Below the pieces are notes generated by a model, which ran no database searches, had not been told where the DNA came from, and was given only the letters and a program-made list of their open reading frames with translations. This document shows positions 19,313-28,081 of a DNA stretch of 64,000 bases, piece after piece (the first letter of the stretch is position 1; each line of letters opens with the position of its first letter). This DNA is from a virus: positions 64,001 through 128,000 of the IMG/VR virus record IMGVR_UViG_3300027815_000003; one strand, given 5' to 3'. A program made the translations under genes and the position numbers.

Positions 19313-20234
19313 ATATAAAATCTAATATTATTCCACTATCAAATCTACCAATAACAGATATTTTATTAAAAAAAATAAAAATATTGTTTTGTAATTTATA
19401 TTTTAAAAGCTCTAATATCTTTTCTTTATCTATATTTTTATAAATTTCTCTAAGAATAAATCTCAAATTGGTAACAGTTATTCTTATTTCATTCCATCCC
19501 AACAAATTTATATCTTCTTTACGTTTTTTATCATGCAAAATATGTTTTTCATCTAAATGAAATTTTCCGTCAATTTCAACATAAAAATTATATTTTAAAA
19601 AAGCAAAATCCAACGAATATCTTAATAAATGATACTCTCTTGTAAAATCAATATTTTCTTGTAACCCCAAATCAGTCAAAAAATTTTTAAATAGGTTTTC
19701 TGGATATGAACCTTCTTTGGCCTGTCTTGTTAATTGCCATCCTATTTTACCCTCTTCTAACATTTTTATTGTCATATCACGATTTTTTAATGCCATATCC
19801 CCACTTAGCATAAACTCTCTTTGTTTTTGTTTCCATTCTTCTGTATGTCTTTTGCCATACATAGGATTTTTACTACCCAGTTTAGATTCAGAACTTTTCT
19901 TTTTTGTCTCTTCTGTTATATTTCTTACTTTTGCATTATGCCCTTTTACAAATCTTTCGTTTTTTGTTAATTCTTTGCAACCACATTCACAAGGATGTTC
20001 AATTAATTTTACACTCTCTCTTAACCATTTGTGATAATGTTTTTTATTTAAAAATCTAGCATTAACCTTTGTTATTGATCTTTCTCCACAACCACACAAA
20101 CAACAAAACTCCTTACTTTCTTTATTTTGATAAGAACATTCTTTACATAAGTTTTTTAATCCATCTTTTTTATTTTTATGTTTATAAAATTCACTTTCAT
20201 CTTTTTTAATTTTACATTTACTACAAACTTTCAT
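19305..20234 (-). CDS. Cassette 2 endonuclease: CxxC + CECGC + NUMOD3-like + DUF559/Vsr-like domain
   Basis: MKVCSKCK; NPMYGKRHTEE; SYPE...YSLDFAF...VEIDG...H...GWNEIRI. Confidence 0.8.
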   Translation of the reverse strand: MKVCSKCKIKKDESEFYKHKNKKDGLKNLCKECSYQNKESKEFCCLCGCGERSITKVNARFLNKKHYHKWLRESVKLIEHPCECGCKELTKNERFVKGHNAKVRNITEETKKKSSESKLGSKNPMYGKRHTEEWKQKQREFMLSGDMALKNRDMTIKMLEEGKIGWQLTRQAKEGSYPENLFKNFLTDLGLQENIDFTREYHLLRYSLDFAFLKYNFYVEIDGKFHLDEKHILHDKKRKEDINLLGWNEIRITVTNLRFILREIYKNIDKEKILELLKYKLQNNIFIFFNKISVIGRFDSGIILDFIYE

Positions 20235-20237
20235 TTT

Positions 20238-20281
20238 TGATATAACTCCTTGTAATTTTTTATTACAATTACATTATATCA
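20238..20281 (-). promoter_or_regulatory. Extended -10 promoter/RBS within inverted repeat (cassette 2)
   Basis: TGATATAAT; outer TGATATAA/TTATATCA, inner TTGTAAT/ATTACAA, RBS AAGGAG between arms. Confidence 0.7.
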
Positions 20282-20326
20282 TATTATATGTTAGTATATG
20301 ATACTTTTTAGATAATATATAAAAGT

Positions 20327-20482
20327 TCAATGAGATTTATGTTTTACAATCAAATCTTCTATAGCTTCGTCTAAAAATTTTGAAACTGGAATTCTGGTCA
20401 TTTTTGAAAGTTCACGAAGATCAGTAACAATCTTAGTATTAATTGTACTACAAAGCCTAGTTCTGTTTTTTAGTTTATTCAT
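20327..20482 (-). CDS. Ribbon-helix-helix protein, cassette 2 (51 aa, not in track)
   Basis: MNKLKNRTRLCSTINTKIVTDLRELSKMTRIPVSKFLDEAIEDLIVKHKSH; ATG directly after helicase TAA. Confidence 0.85.
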   Translation of the reverse strand: MNKLKNRTRLCSTINTKIVTDLRELSKMTRIPVSKFLDEAIEDLIVKHKSH

Positions 20483-21775
20483 TTAAAATTCCTCTTCAGG
20501 TTTTTCTTCTATTATGCCTTCATTAACATTAAATTTTAAATAAGTTACATCATTAGGAGTTTCACGCTTGTTGAACTTAGCCTCTCTACTTCTCGCCGTT
20601 TGAAATTGTACCAACCTTTCGTCCGTCCCATCCACCAAACAGGCAGAAAACAGCATGTCACAAGATTGTAATGCACCATCACTAAAAGAAACATCACTTA
20701 CGGTTGGCGGAATAAATAAATCATTAGCATTTCTATTAGCTTGTGTTGTAACTAAAGCAACAATATTTTTAGAGAGGCAAATATTCTTTACACCATAAAA
20801 TAAACTTGTCATTTTCTCCCAGACACTTTTTTCACCAGAACCAAAAAGTTGTATTGCATCTATCACGACAAAACTTGGGGAATATTTTGATATAAGATTT
20901 CTTACGCTCCCTATATTAAATGTATCTTCTCTTAAATGATCGCAAGCAAACATGTTCTTTTTATCATATTCTTTTAGAAATCTTTTATATTCCGTTTCTT
21001 CTTCTCTAGAGAGAGTTCCATTTTCTATTCCATTGTAAGAAAATTTATAACCAGCAGAATTACCAGCTATTACCTCTGTTCTTGTTTTTATTTGTCTAAG
21101 TGGCATTTCTGCAGAAATAAACAAAGTTCTATACCCCGCATTTGACGCTATGACCGCACTTTTAACAGCTATCCATGTTTTACCTACTTTCGGTCTAGCA
21201 AAAAATGTAATAGATTCTCCTGGCATATACCCAGTGCCAGTGGAATTAAGACTCCTAAATATCGTTGGTATCCCGAATGTCTTAATTCCACTATTTCTTA
21301 GTTCTTTTCTCTTGCCATACTCATCATATCTATCTTCTGAACCAGAGTCAAATACTTCTATATCTTCTTGAATATCTATATTTACATTATTAAGACTATC
21401 CATTATTTTCGGAAACGCTTGAAATGGATTTTCTTTTAATAACTTTTCATTATTTTTAAACGATAACATTACTTTTCTAAATAACACTTGTTGCCCAAAT
21501 TGTTCTATTGAATAATCAAGAGAGACATCAACCGCATTTGGGTCTAATCCATATATTATTTTGCCAGTATCTTTATCTTCCTTTGTTGGAAATTTTTTAT
21601 AAAGTAATGCTCTGGGAGGGAACGACTGATTTTCTTGAAAATAATCAGATAAAAATTCAAATGCCTCACCAAACACACTAAAATCTTTTTTAGAAAATCT
21701 TACCTTTTTGTAATCCTCTAAATTATTAATGTTGAGAATTACTGCCGACTCTATATAAACATTATTATTGTCCAA
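20483..21775 (-). CDS. Replicative DnaB-like (SF4) helicase
   Basis: ARPKVGKT, FISAEM, VVIDAIQL, VTTQANR. Confidence 0.9.
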   Translation of the reverse strand: MDNNNVYIESAVILNINNLEDYKKVRFSKKDFSVFGEAFEFLSDYFQENQSFPPRALLYKKFPTKEDKDTGKIIYGLDPNAVDVSLDYSIEQFGQQVLFRKVMLSFKNNEKLLKENPFQAFPKIMDSLNNVNIDIQEDIEVFDSGSEDRYDEYGKRKELRNSGIKTFGIPTIFRSLNSTGTGYMPGESITFFARPKVGKTWIAVKSAVIASNAGYRTLFISAEMPLRQIKTRTEVIAGNSAGYKFSYNGIENGTLSREEETEYKRFLKEYDKKNMFACDHLREDTFNIGSVRNLISKYSPSFVVIDAIQLFGSGEKSVWEKMTSLFYGVKNICLSKNIVALVTTQANRNANDLFIPPTVSDVSFSDGALQSCDMLFSACLVDGTDERLVQFQTARSREAKFNKRETPNDVTYLKFNVNEGIIEEKPEEEF

Positions 21776-22583
21776 AATTATCCACCTCTACATCAATATC
21801 ACATTCAGTTTTAAATCTTTTTTGTACAAGTTCGCAGTATGTTTTATTAATTTCTATCATAATAAAGTTTCTTCCAAGTTGCTGTGCGGCAATACCTGAT
21901 GTACCACTACCAGCAAACGGATCTAAGATAATATCTTCTCCCTCATTACTCCAGCTTTTTATATGATCTTCTGCTAACTTAACTGGGAAAGTTGCTGGAT
22001 GAGAATACGCCAGACTATTTTTCTTCTGTGAGAAGCCAGCACCAATATTATAAAGCCATACATTCCACCTAACCCCAAAATCATTATATGTTTTGCTCAT
22101 TTTTGTAGGAACAAGCGAACCATCCTTTGCTCTTTTTGTTGTTTGTCCCCAGGGTGTTTTCCATTTATTTTCCCTATCCTTAATTAGATTAACTGTTTTT
22201 GGTTTACCTTTACTAAACACAAACATATATTCCCATACCTGATAATATCTATTAGATGAAGGAAAAGCGCAAGAATTCTTCATATATATCATTGTATCGT
22301 GGATTAAAAATCCCTGTTCCTGAAAATATAATGCCTGTCTAAAAGACGTACCAGACTCTCCACCCTTTATTGTCTGGTCTGCCACAACCCAAACGATAAC
22401 TCCACCTATTTTTGTTACACGATATAATTGTTTTACCAATCCCTCAAAATCAAAAATACTGTTATATGCCCCATCTCTTATAAGGTCGTATGGAGGACTT
22501 GTAACAGTTAAATCAATACAATTATCTGGAAGGGTTTTTAATACTTTAACATTATCGCCACAAATTATTTTATTAACTTCCAT
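21765..22583 (-). CDS. Amino-DNA methyltransferase, beta class (m4C or m6A)
   Basis: TSPPY before HPATFP and DPFAGSGT. Confidence 0.9.
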   Translation of the reverse strand: MEVNKIICGDNVKVLKTLPDNCIDLTVTSPPYDLIRDGAYNSIFDFEGLVKQLYRVTKIGGVIVWVVADQTIKGGESGTSFRQALYFQEQGFLIHDTMIYMKNSCAFPSSNRYYQVWEYMFVFSKGKPKTVNLIKDRENKWKTPWGQTTKRAKDGSLVPTKMSKTYNDFGVRWNVWLYNIGAGFSQKKNSLAYSHPATFPVKLAEDHIKSWSNEGEDIILDPFAGSGTSGIAAQQLGRNFIMIEINKTYCELVQKRFKTECDIDVEVDNFGQ

Positions 22584-23016
22584 ATTCCTTTTCTATCCAT
22601 TCCTCAATTTCTTTTATTAATTGTTTTTGTCTTTTCTGTGTTTCTATATCTGGAACCCATTTTGAGAAACAAAGAGTAAGATGTAACCAATTTTTCTTTT
22701 GTTTCTCATCCCCAAAATGTCCCACGTAAAACTGTAATTTTGAATAATCAGAAAATTTTGGATTATACTTTTGAAAATTTTGTACAAAATATCTTATATC
22801 TCTTACGTTTTTATTTATTGCATCATCTATAGATAATAGAATAACATAAATATCTGCCATCTCAAATAATGCTTTTATTAAAGCTAACTCATTACCACCT
22901 GTACTGTGAACTTGATAGTGTGTTTTATTTTTTCCAAAATATACCTCACACCAATAGTTTCGTATATCTGTGCTTTTATATTCTTCGTATTTTTTAGTTT
23001 TTATCATTTTTCTCAA
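22573..23016 (-). CDS. Hypothetical protein
   Basis: ORF track; overlaps both MTases. Confidence 0.55.
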   Translation of the reverse strand: MRKMIKTKKYEEYKSTDIRNYWCEVYFGKNKTHYQVHSTGGNELALIKALFEMADIYVILLSIDDAINKNVRDIRYFVQNFQKYNPKFSDYSKLQFYVGHFGDEKQKKNWLHLTLCFSKWVPDIETQKRQKQLIKEIEEWIEKEYGS

Positions 23017-23710
23017 TAATAATTATTTCATCTTTAGGATTTATTTCAACCGCTCTAGTTAACCCATAATTTACTTTACTTTCTTGTTTCTTAAAAATCA
23101 AAAAATAACTATGATATTTTCTTGCATGTTGTTGGATGTTGCTGTTTGACCCTATGATACGAGTTTTCGCCAATAGAATAAATAAATCTTTTGGATAAAA
23201 ACCTATCTCATTTGCCATATTTACTATTTCAATATGTGATAAACATTGTTTACCACCATCAACTGTATCTTGACATTTAAAAACTAATATCCCATTTGGC
23301 TTTAATATTCTATAAAATTCACCTAAAGAATCATAATAAAAATCCCATAAATCATGTTGTATATTTTTAAAATAACCAAATCTTTTTTTTATTATTCCTG
23401 TTGGTTCTTTATTATCTGCTGGAATACCAGCTAAAAATGGTGGATCAAACATAATGGTAGAAATAGAATTATTTTCTAATAACAACTTTCTACAATCTGC
23501 TTGTATAGTATCTTCTGTTTGTGGCTTTAAATCAAATTTATATTTTGGCTGTTGTATATTTTTGTAAAAATAACCCTTACTGTATGTTGGGTCTAATTCA
23601 AAACCATTTGGACAATACAGTTTAATAATCCAATTTAATATTTCATCTTGATCATAAGATATAGATTTTATTATATTAGCATTAGTCAACCTATCCATCA
23701 AATTCCCCAT
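22994..23710 (-). CDS. Putative N6-adenine DNA methyltransferase
   Basis: LDPTYSKG motif I, FDPPF motif IV, RILKPNGILVFK. Confidence 0.8.
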   Translation of the reverse strand: MGNLMDRLTNANIIKSISYDQDEILNWIIKLYCPNGFELDPTYSKGYFYKNIQQPKYKFDLKPQTEDTIQADCRKLLLENNSISTIMFDPPFLAGIPADNKEPTGIIKKRFGYFKNIQHDLWDFYYDSLGEFYRILKPNGILVFKCQDTVDGGKQCLSHIEIVNMANEIGFYPKDLFILLAKTRIIGSNSNIQQHARKYHSYFLIFKKQESKVNYGLTRAVEINPKDEIIIIEKNDKN

Positions 23711-25283
23711 AAATCAATCTCTCAAAATCTTTCTTAGATAATTTAGCTAGACTCATACAAATATCCCCATTGATAAATTCCTTAACAAATTTATCTCTAT
23801 TGGTATAAATTTGCATTATTCCTTCATCTATACTATTTTTATAATAGGGTTCTACAATATAGGTATCTCTATTACGCCACATTCTTCTTAATCTTCCGTT
23901 TCTTTGATTCATAGTGGCTGGATTATAGAAATACCCAAAATGAATAATATAATCTGCACTTGTAAAATTTACACCAAATCTACCAGCATCAGTACAGACT
24001 ATTGGTTTGTTATCATTATCAAACTTCTTAATAGTCTCAAATCTTTCTTTACTATCCACATCACTTGTAATTTTATATGGTGTATCTAAATATTTACAAA
24101 GTAAATCTGCACTATCTTTAAAGTAAGTAAAAATAACGACCCTTCCTTTATCTTTTATAAATTCTCTTAACCATTGTAATTTTTGGCTTTCAAAGTTAAA
24201 CCCAAGTATTTCTGGAAATTCCACAAATTGTCTAAGCCTTATTGTCTTTTCTAACGCTGTTTTTAAACTAAATTTACTATTAGATTTTAACCAATCCATA
24301 AACTCTCTTACAATTGCATTATACGCTTGTTGATGTTGTTTGTCAAACACTATTTCCACTGGGATATGTTTTTGTGGTAATAAATTAGGTGCGACTTCAT
24401 CTTCTGTTCTTCTAAGTAAAAATGGAGAAGTTAATTGATGTAATTCATCTAGATTTTTATATCCAACTATACCTCCCCAAAAATCTAATTCACAATATCT
24501 ATATTTAAATTGATAAGCAGATGGAAGTAAATCCTTTCTCACCCACTCCATCATTGATTGGAACTCCATCAAATTGTTTTCAATATAATATCCAGAAAGA
24601 CCAAATTTATAATCAGCTTCTAGTTTTTTTGCCTTCTTAGTTCTTTCGGCTTTACCAGTTTTTAAAAATGTCGCTTCATCGGCAATAATAATATCCCAAT
24701 CTTTAGGGTAGATATCTTTATCGTTTCTTAAAATATCATAAGTGGCAATAGTAAATTGAGATTTAGTTTTCCACAATATTTCTCTTTTCTTTCTTATCCC
24801 ATCTATTACCAAAGGTTCTATATTATAATGTTTTTTAAATTCATTTTCCCAATTATATCTAAGGGAACTAGGACAAAGTATCAGGCATTTTTCTGGTGTT
24901 TTTTCTTTAGCAGCAGTAATTGCCTGGAGACTTTTTCCAACACCCAATCCATCCGCTAATAATGCCTTTTTAGCTGTTTTTAAATAATCAGCACCCACTC
25001 TTTGATGAGGTAAAAGAAAATTATTTGATTCACCCTTTTTAAACTTATAGTCAACTAAAGACAATAAAGCTCTATTTATTTTATCTCTTTGGAATTTTGC
25101 TTCTTCTGTCCATTCAGAATTTTTTAGATTCTCTAAAGTTTTTACAGTTAATTGTGGTACTTTCCAAACCTTTTCTTTTTTATCAAATTCCCTTACTGGA
25201 AGATTTCTTACTATTTCTAAATCTTGTTCGTTATAGGAAAAAGAAAGTAAAAATTTACCATCTTTATGTGATATTGTTATCAT
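23691..25283 (-). CDS. SNF2-family helicase with N-terminal HARP-like domain
   Basis: LLADGLGVGKS, IADEA, LSG, QRNGRLRR. Confidence 0.88.
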   Translation of the reverse strand: MITISHKDGKFLLSFSYNEQDLEIVRNLPVREFDKKEKVWKVPQLTVKTLENLKNSEWTEEAKFQRDKINRALLSLVDYKFKKGESNNFLLPHQRVGADYLKTAKKALLADGLGVGKSLQAITAAKEKTPEKCLILCPSSLRYNWENEFKKHYNIEPLVIDGIRKKREILWKTKSQFTIATYDILRNDKDIYPKDWDIIIADEATFLKTGKAERTKKAKKLEADYKFGLSGYYIENNLMEFQSMMEWVRKDLLPSAYQFKYRYCELDFWGGIVGYKNLDELHQLTSPFLLRRTEDEVAPNLLPQKHIPVEIVFDKQHQQAYNAIVREFMDWLKSNSKFSLKTALEKTIRLRQFVEFPEILGFNFESQKLQWLREFIKDKGRVVIFTYFKDSADLLCKYLDTPYKITSDVDSKERFETIKKFDNDNKPIVCTDAGRFGVNFTSADYIIHFGYFYNPATMNQRNGRLRRMWRNRDTYIVEPYYKNSIDEGIMQIYTNRDKFVKEFINGDICMSLAKLSKKDFERLIYGEFDG

Positions 25284-25356
25284 TTAATTTATACAATCCA
25301 AATCTATTCTATTTTTATCTGATAATGTTAACATTTTTCTCTTTTCTAAAACAAAA

Positions 25357-25378
25357 TCTCTAACAATTTTGTTAGAGA
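25357..25378. repeat. 22-bp palindrome, operator-like
   Basis: TCTCTAACAA-TT-TTGTTAGAGA. Confidence 0.8.
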
Positions 25379-25403
25379 AAATATGTCTTTTATTTATTAT
25401 TAT

Positions 25404-25988
25404 TTATTCTTTATAAGAAAGTTCTGGTGTTACAAACCAACCATTTCTGTTAGAGTTTCTAATTATAGAAACCTTATCTTTTAAGTCGTTATTAAAAGAT
25501 ATATAAATTGGAGATAAATTATATTTCTCTTGATCTTTTTGAACTCTATTTAGTTCATATTTAGAACTAATATTAAATAAAAAATGCGCTCTTTTGTATT
25601 CTGAAAGAACTTTATATTCCTTTAAAGTTTCATCAAACTTACGTCTTTTATCGGTGTTAAGTATAACACAAAAGTTAACGTGTGTCAAGTCAGATAAGCC
25701 TTTAGGTGAAATAGTTCCGTCTGTCTCTATTTCTACTATATATGGTAAATAACGAACTAAAGAAATAAGCTCATTTTTAAATGACATACAAGAACCAGTG
25801 ATTAAAAGATAATCACAAAGATAAATATCTCTATTTAATAATGATATAATTTTTTCTATATTTCTATCTATTCCATCTTCTCCGATATCTAACTTTATAA
25901 TTGGTCTACCATATTGTATTCCTTTTGTTTTTATTGATTCTTGGATATTATTAACTTTCAATGTATTATATTTATAACCTCTCAACAT
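25404..25988 (-). CDS. QueE/NrdG-like radical-SAM fold protein lacking CxxxCxxC
   Basis: KVNNIQESIKTKG...GRP, LITG, VEIETDGT match QueE blocks; the cluster loop is absent. Confidence 0.6.
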   Translation of the reverse strand: MLRGYKYNTLKVNNIQESIKTKGIQYGRPIIKLDIGEDGIDRNIEKIISLLNRDIYLCDYLLITGSCMSFKNELISLVRYLPYIVEIETDGTISPKGLSDLTHVNFCVILNTDKRRKFDETLKEYKVLSEYKRAHFLFNISSKYELNRVQKDQEKYNLSPIYISFNNDLKDKVSIIRNSNRNGWFVTPELSYKE

Positions 25989-25994
25989 ATACTC

Positions 25995-26445
25995 TTCTTA
26001 TTTGTTCCTGTTTTCTTTATTATTTATATGTTATAGACTTATTTAAGGTATAAATGCCCCTTGCAAAATTTTGCAATTTATATTTAAGTATACAGGGTTA
26101 TTTAATACCCAACACCTATACGGCTGTATTTTTTATATTAGCTATGCAATATAAAGAAACCATCACCACACCCCCACAATCCCGATAAAAGGGTGTATAG
26201 AGAACATCTATTATTTAGTGTCAATGCCGCAGTGGAAATACTGCACGGAGATCGCTTCAACCTCTTTTTAAATTAGAAAAGGCGATAGTCATTAACTACG
26301 ACTGTGCAAGATTTAGTGCTAAACCAAGAAAAGCATAACACACCATTATTGTAGGCTATTTAGCCAACTAAGGAAATGGACGACCTTATTTTTTATGTTA
26401 ATTATTGTTCTGTGTTATTTATAAACAAATAATCTTTTTAATCTT
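25995..26445 (-). ncRNA. Candidate large structured RNA, unassigned
   Basis: About 450 nt with no credible ORF, G/C-richer than flanks, at least 10 stems (see findings). Confidence 0.5.
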
Positions 26446-26450
26446 ATAAT

Positions 26451-27509
26451 TTAGCTAATTTTTATATGTTTATTTCTAATAATTGATGTACCAGGGATAT
26501 CAATTCCTTCTCTATTTTTTTCTAATATTTCTTTTTTATCTATTGTCTCATCTGTTCTAAATTCTAACAAATCTTCTGGTACTTTATTGCTTGGTATTTT
26601 TAGAATTGTTGTTTTAAAATTGCTAGGTATTTTCTGTTCATCTGAAATTTGTGATAAATAAATAGTTGCTTTGTTTAATAAAATAATAGAGTCGTTAAAA
26701 AGACCAATTCCCGTATTACATTTCCGACATAATAAACCTCGTATTTTACCAGTTAAATGATCATGATCTACACAAATTTTTGTTTTTTGAAAACTTATAT
26801 TACATATTTTACATGAATTATTTTGTAAAATTAATATATCGTTGTATTTTTTAATATCTAGATTATACAAATATTTCAATGAACGTTCTTTATTTTGTTT
26901 TTTATATTCTTGTGTTGTTGTTGATTCTTTAATTTGTTGTTTATGTGACTCTCTATATTTTTTACTATAATTTTTAATACGTTCTTTATTATTTTTTCTA
27001 TATTTTGTTTTTATATCTCTATCACATATTTTACAATATCTAGATAGATTATCTTTACTTGTAGACGAAGTATAAAATTCATTTTTGCTTTTTTTAATAA
27101 GACATTTTATACAAATTTTATATTCTGTTATTTCTTTTATTGTGTTTTTTAATTTTTCTCTATCTTTTGTCTGACATTCTTTACAATGACTTTGTAAACC
27201 ACTTTTTATTCCATTTCTTTTATTAAATTTATCTATTGATTTTTCGGTTTTACAACTTGGGCATAATTTAACTTTATCTCCAAATTTATTAATTTTAATA
27301 CATATTTTTGCATTGTGCCCTTTGACAAATTTTTTATTTGTTGTTAACTTTCCACACCCACATTCGCAAAAATGATACAAACCTCTTTTATTTTCAGAAA
27401 TTAGACGAAAACAACTTTTACACCATCCTTGTAATCCATTTTTACTACCTTTATCTTTACAAAACTCGTTTTCGTCTTTTTCGATTTTACATTTGGTACA
27501 TATTTTCAT
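26451..27509 (-). CDS. Cassette 3 endonuclease: CxxC repeats + endonuclease VII-type HNH, fused to a Gp157-like C-terminus
   Basis: CKIC...VDHDHLTGKIRGLLCRKCNTGIG; tail ISDEQKIP...IDKKEILEKNREGIDIPGTSII. Confidence 0.8.
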   Translation of the reverse strand: MKICTKCKIEKDENEFCKDKGSKNGLQGWCKSCFRLISENKRGLYHFCECGCGKLTTNKKFVKGHNAKICIKINKFGDKVKLCPSCKTEKSIDKFNKRNGIKSGLQSHCKECQTKDREKLKNTIKEITEYKICIKCLIKKSKNEFYTSSTSKDNLSRYCKICDRDIKTKYRKNNKERIKNYSKKYRESHKQQIKESTTTQEYKKQNKERSLKYLYNLDIKKYNDILILQNNSCKICNISFQKTKICVDHDHLTGKIRGLLCRKCNTGIGLFNDSIILLNKATIYLSQISDEQKIPSNFKTTILKIPSNKVPEDLLEFRTDETIDKKEILEKNREGIDIPGTSIIRNKHIKIS

Positions 27510-27517
27510 GTTTTATT

Positions 27518-27560
27518 TTCTCCTTACATATATTATACCACACTTTTTATATAAGGAGAA
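27518..27560 (-). promoter_or_regulatory. Extended -10 promoter inside RBS-sequestering hairpin (cassette 3)
   Basis: TTCTCCTTATATA...GTGTGGTATAAT...TATGTAAGGAGAA; 13-bp stem with one G-U. Confidence 0.75.
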
Positions 27561-27565
27561 CTATT

Positions 27566-27718
27566 TTATTGATATTTTTGTACTAAATCAAAAACCGCCT
27601 CATCTAAAAGTTTTGACATAGGTGTTTTTAATTGTTTTGATAATTGTTTAAGAAAATAAATAGTTCGTTTATCTAAAGAACTACTAATTCTAATTCTGTT
27701 TTTAAGATCATTTGGCAT
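27566..27718 (-). CDS. Ribbon-helix-helix protein, cassette 3 (50 aa; track start 27769 probably too long)
   Basis: MPNDLKNRIRISSSLDKRTIYFLKQLSKQLKTPMSKLLDEAVFDLVQKYQ. Confidence 0.85.
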   Translation of the reverse strand: MPNDLKNRIRISSSLDKRTIYFLKQLSKQLKTPMSKLLDEAVFDLVQKYQ

Positions 27719-27827
27719 TTTCAAACTCGTCTTGTAAATTTTGTAAAGATTCTTCAAATCCTTCTCCATTACTAGATAATTCTGAAATCACTCTATAGGC
27801 TTCCGAAAGTTCAAACAGTCTTGTCAT
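27708..27827 (-). pseudogene. N-terminal fragment of siphovirus Gp157-like gene
   Basis: MTRLFELSEAYRVISELSSNGEGFEESLQNLQDEFENAK*; coupled TAATG start. Confidence 0.7.
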
Positions 27828-28078
27828 TATTTTCCTTTCTTTTCTCTTTTTCTATCTATAAAAATAGCTAAAGCAAAAGCAGCATTAGCTAAATCTAAAG
27901 ATTCTAGATATATTTTATCTAAATCTTGTTTTTTTATTACTATTTCTTGTTTTAGTTCATCAAACTCTTCTAAAATTACACCTAATGCTTCGTGTGTAGA
28001 ATTATATATGGTTGGATATGTATTTTTTGTTTTTGCATATCTTTCCATAAAATCTTGAATAGCTTTATTTTCAGACAT
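27827..28078 (-). CDS. MazG-like NTP pyrophosphohydrolase
   Basis: STHEALGVILEEFDEL...ESLDLA. Confidence 0.7.
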   Translation of the reverse strand: MSENKAIQDFMERYAKTKNTYPTIYNSTHEALGVILEEFDELKQEIVIKKQDLDKIYLESLDLANAAFALAIFIDRKREKKGK

Positions 28079-28081
28079 TTA

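Noticed and set aside
22573-23016. RNase H-like call from NELALIKAL
   Set aside because: The other acidic catalytic residues cannot be placed
26085-26130. AGCCGTATA resembling group II intron domain V
   Set aside because: The 3' strand cannot complete the lower helix; no GNRA loop, GUGYG start or RT gene
26245-26270. CTTCAA as a tRNA-Sec anticodon loop
   Set aside because: No anticodon stem, D/T arms or acceptor stem
27719-27769. Track start at 27769 for RHH3
   Set aside because: The extension overlaps the Gp157 N-fragment in another frame; the other three RHHs begin at the position matching 27718
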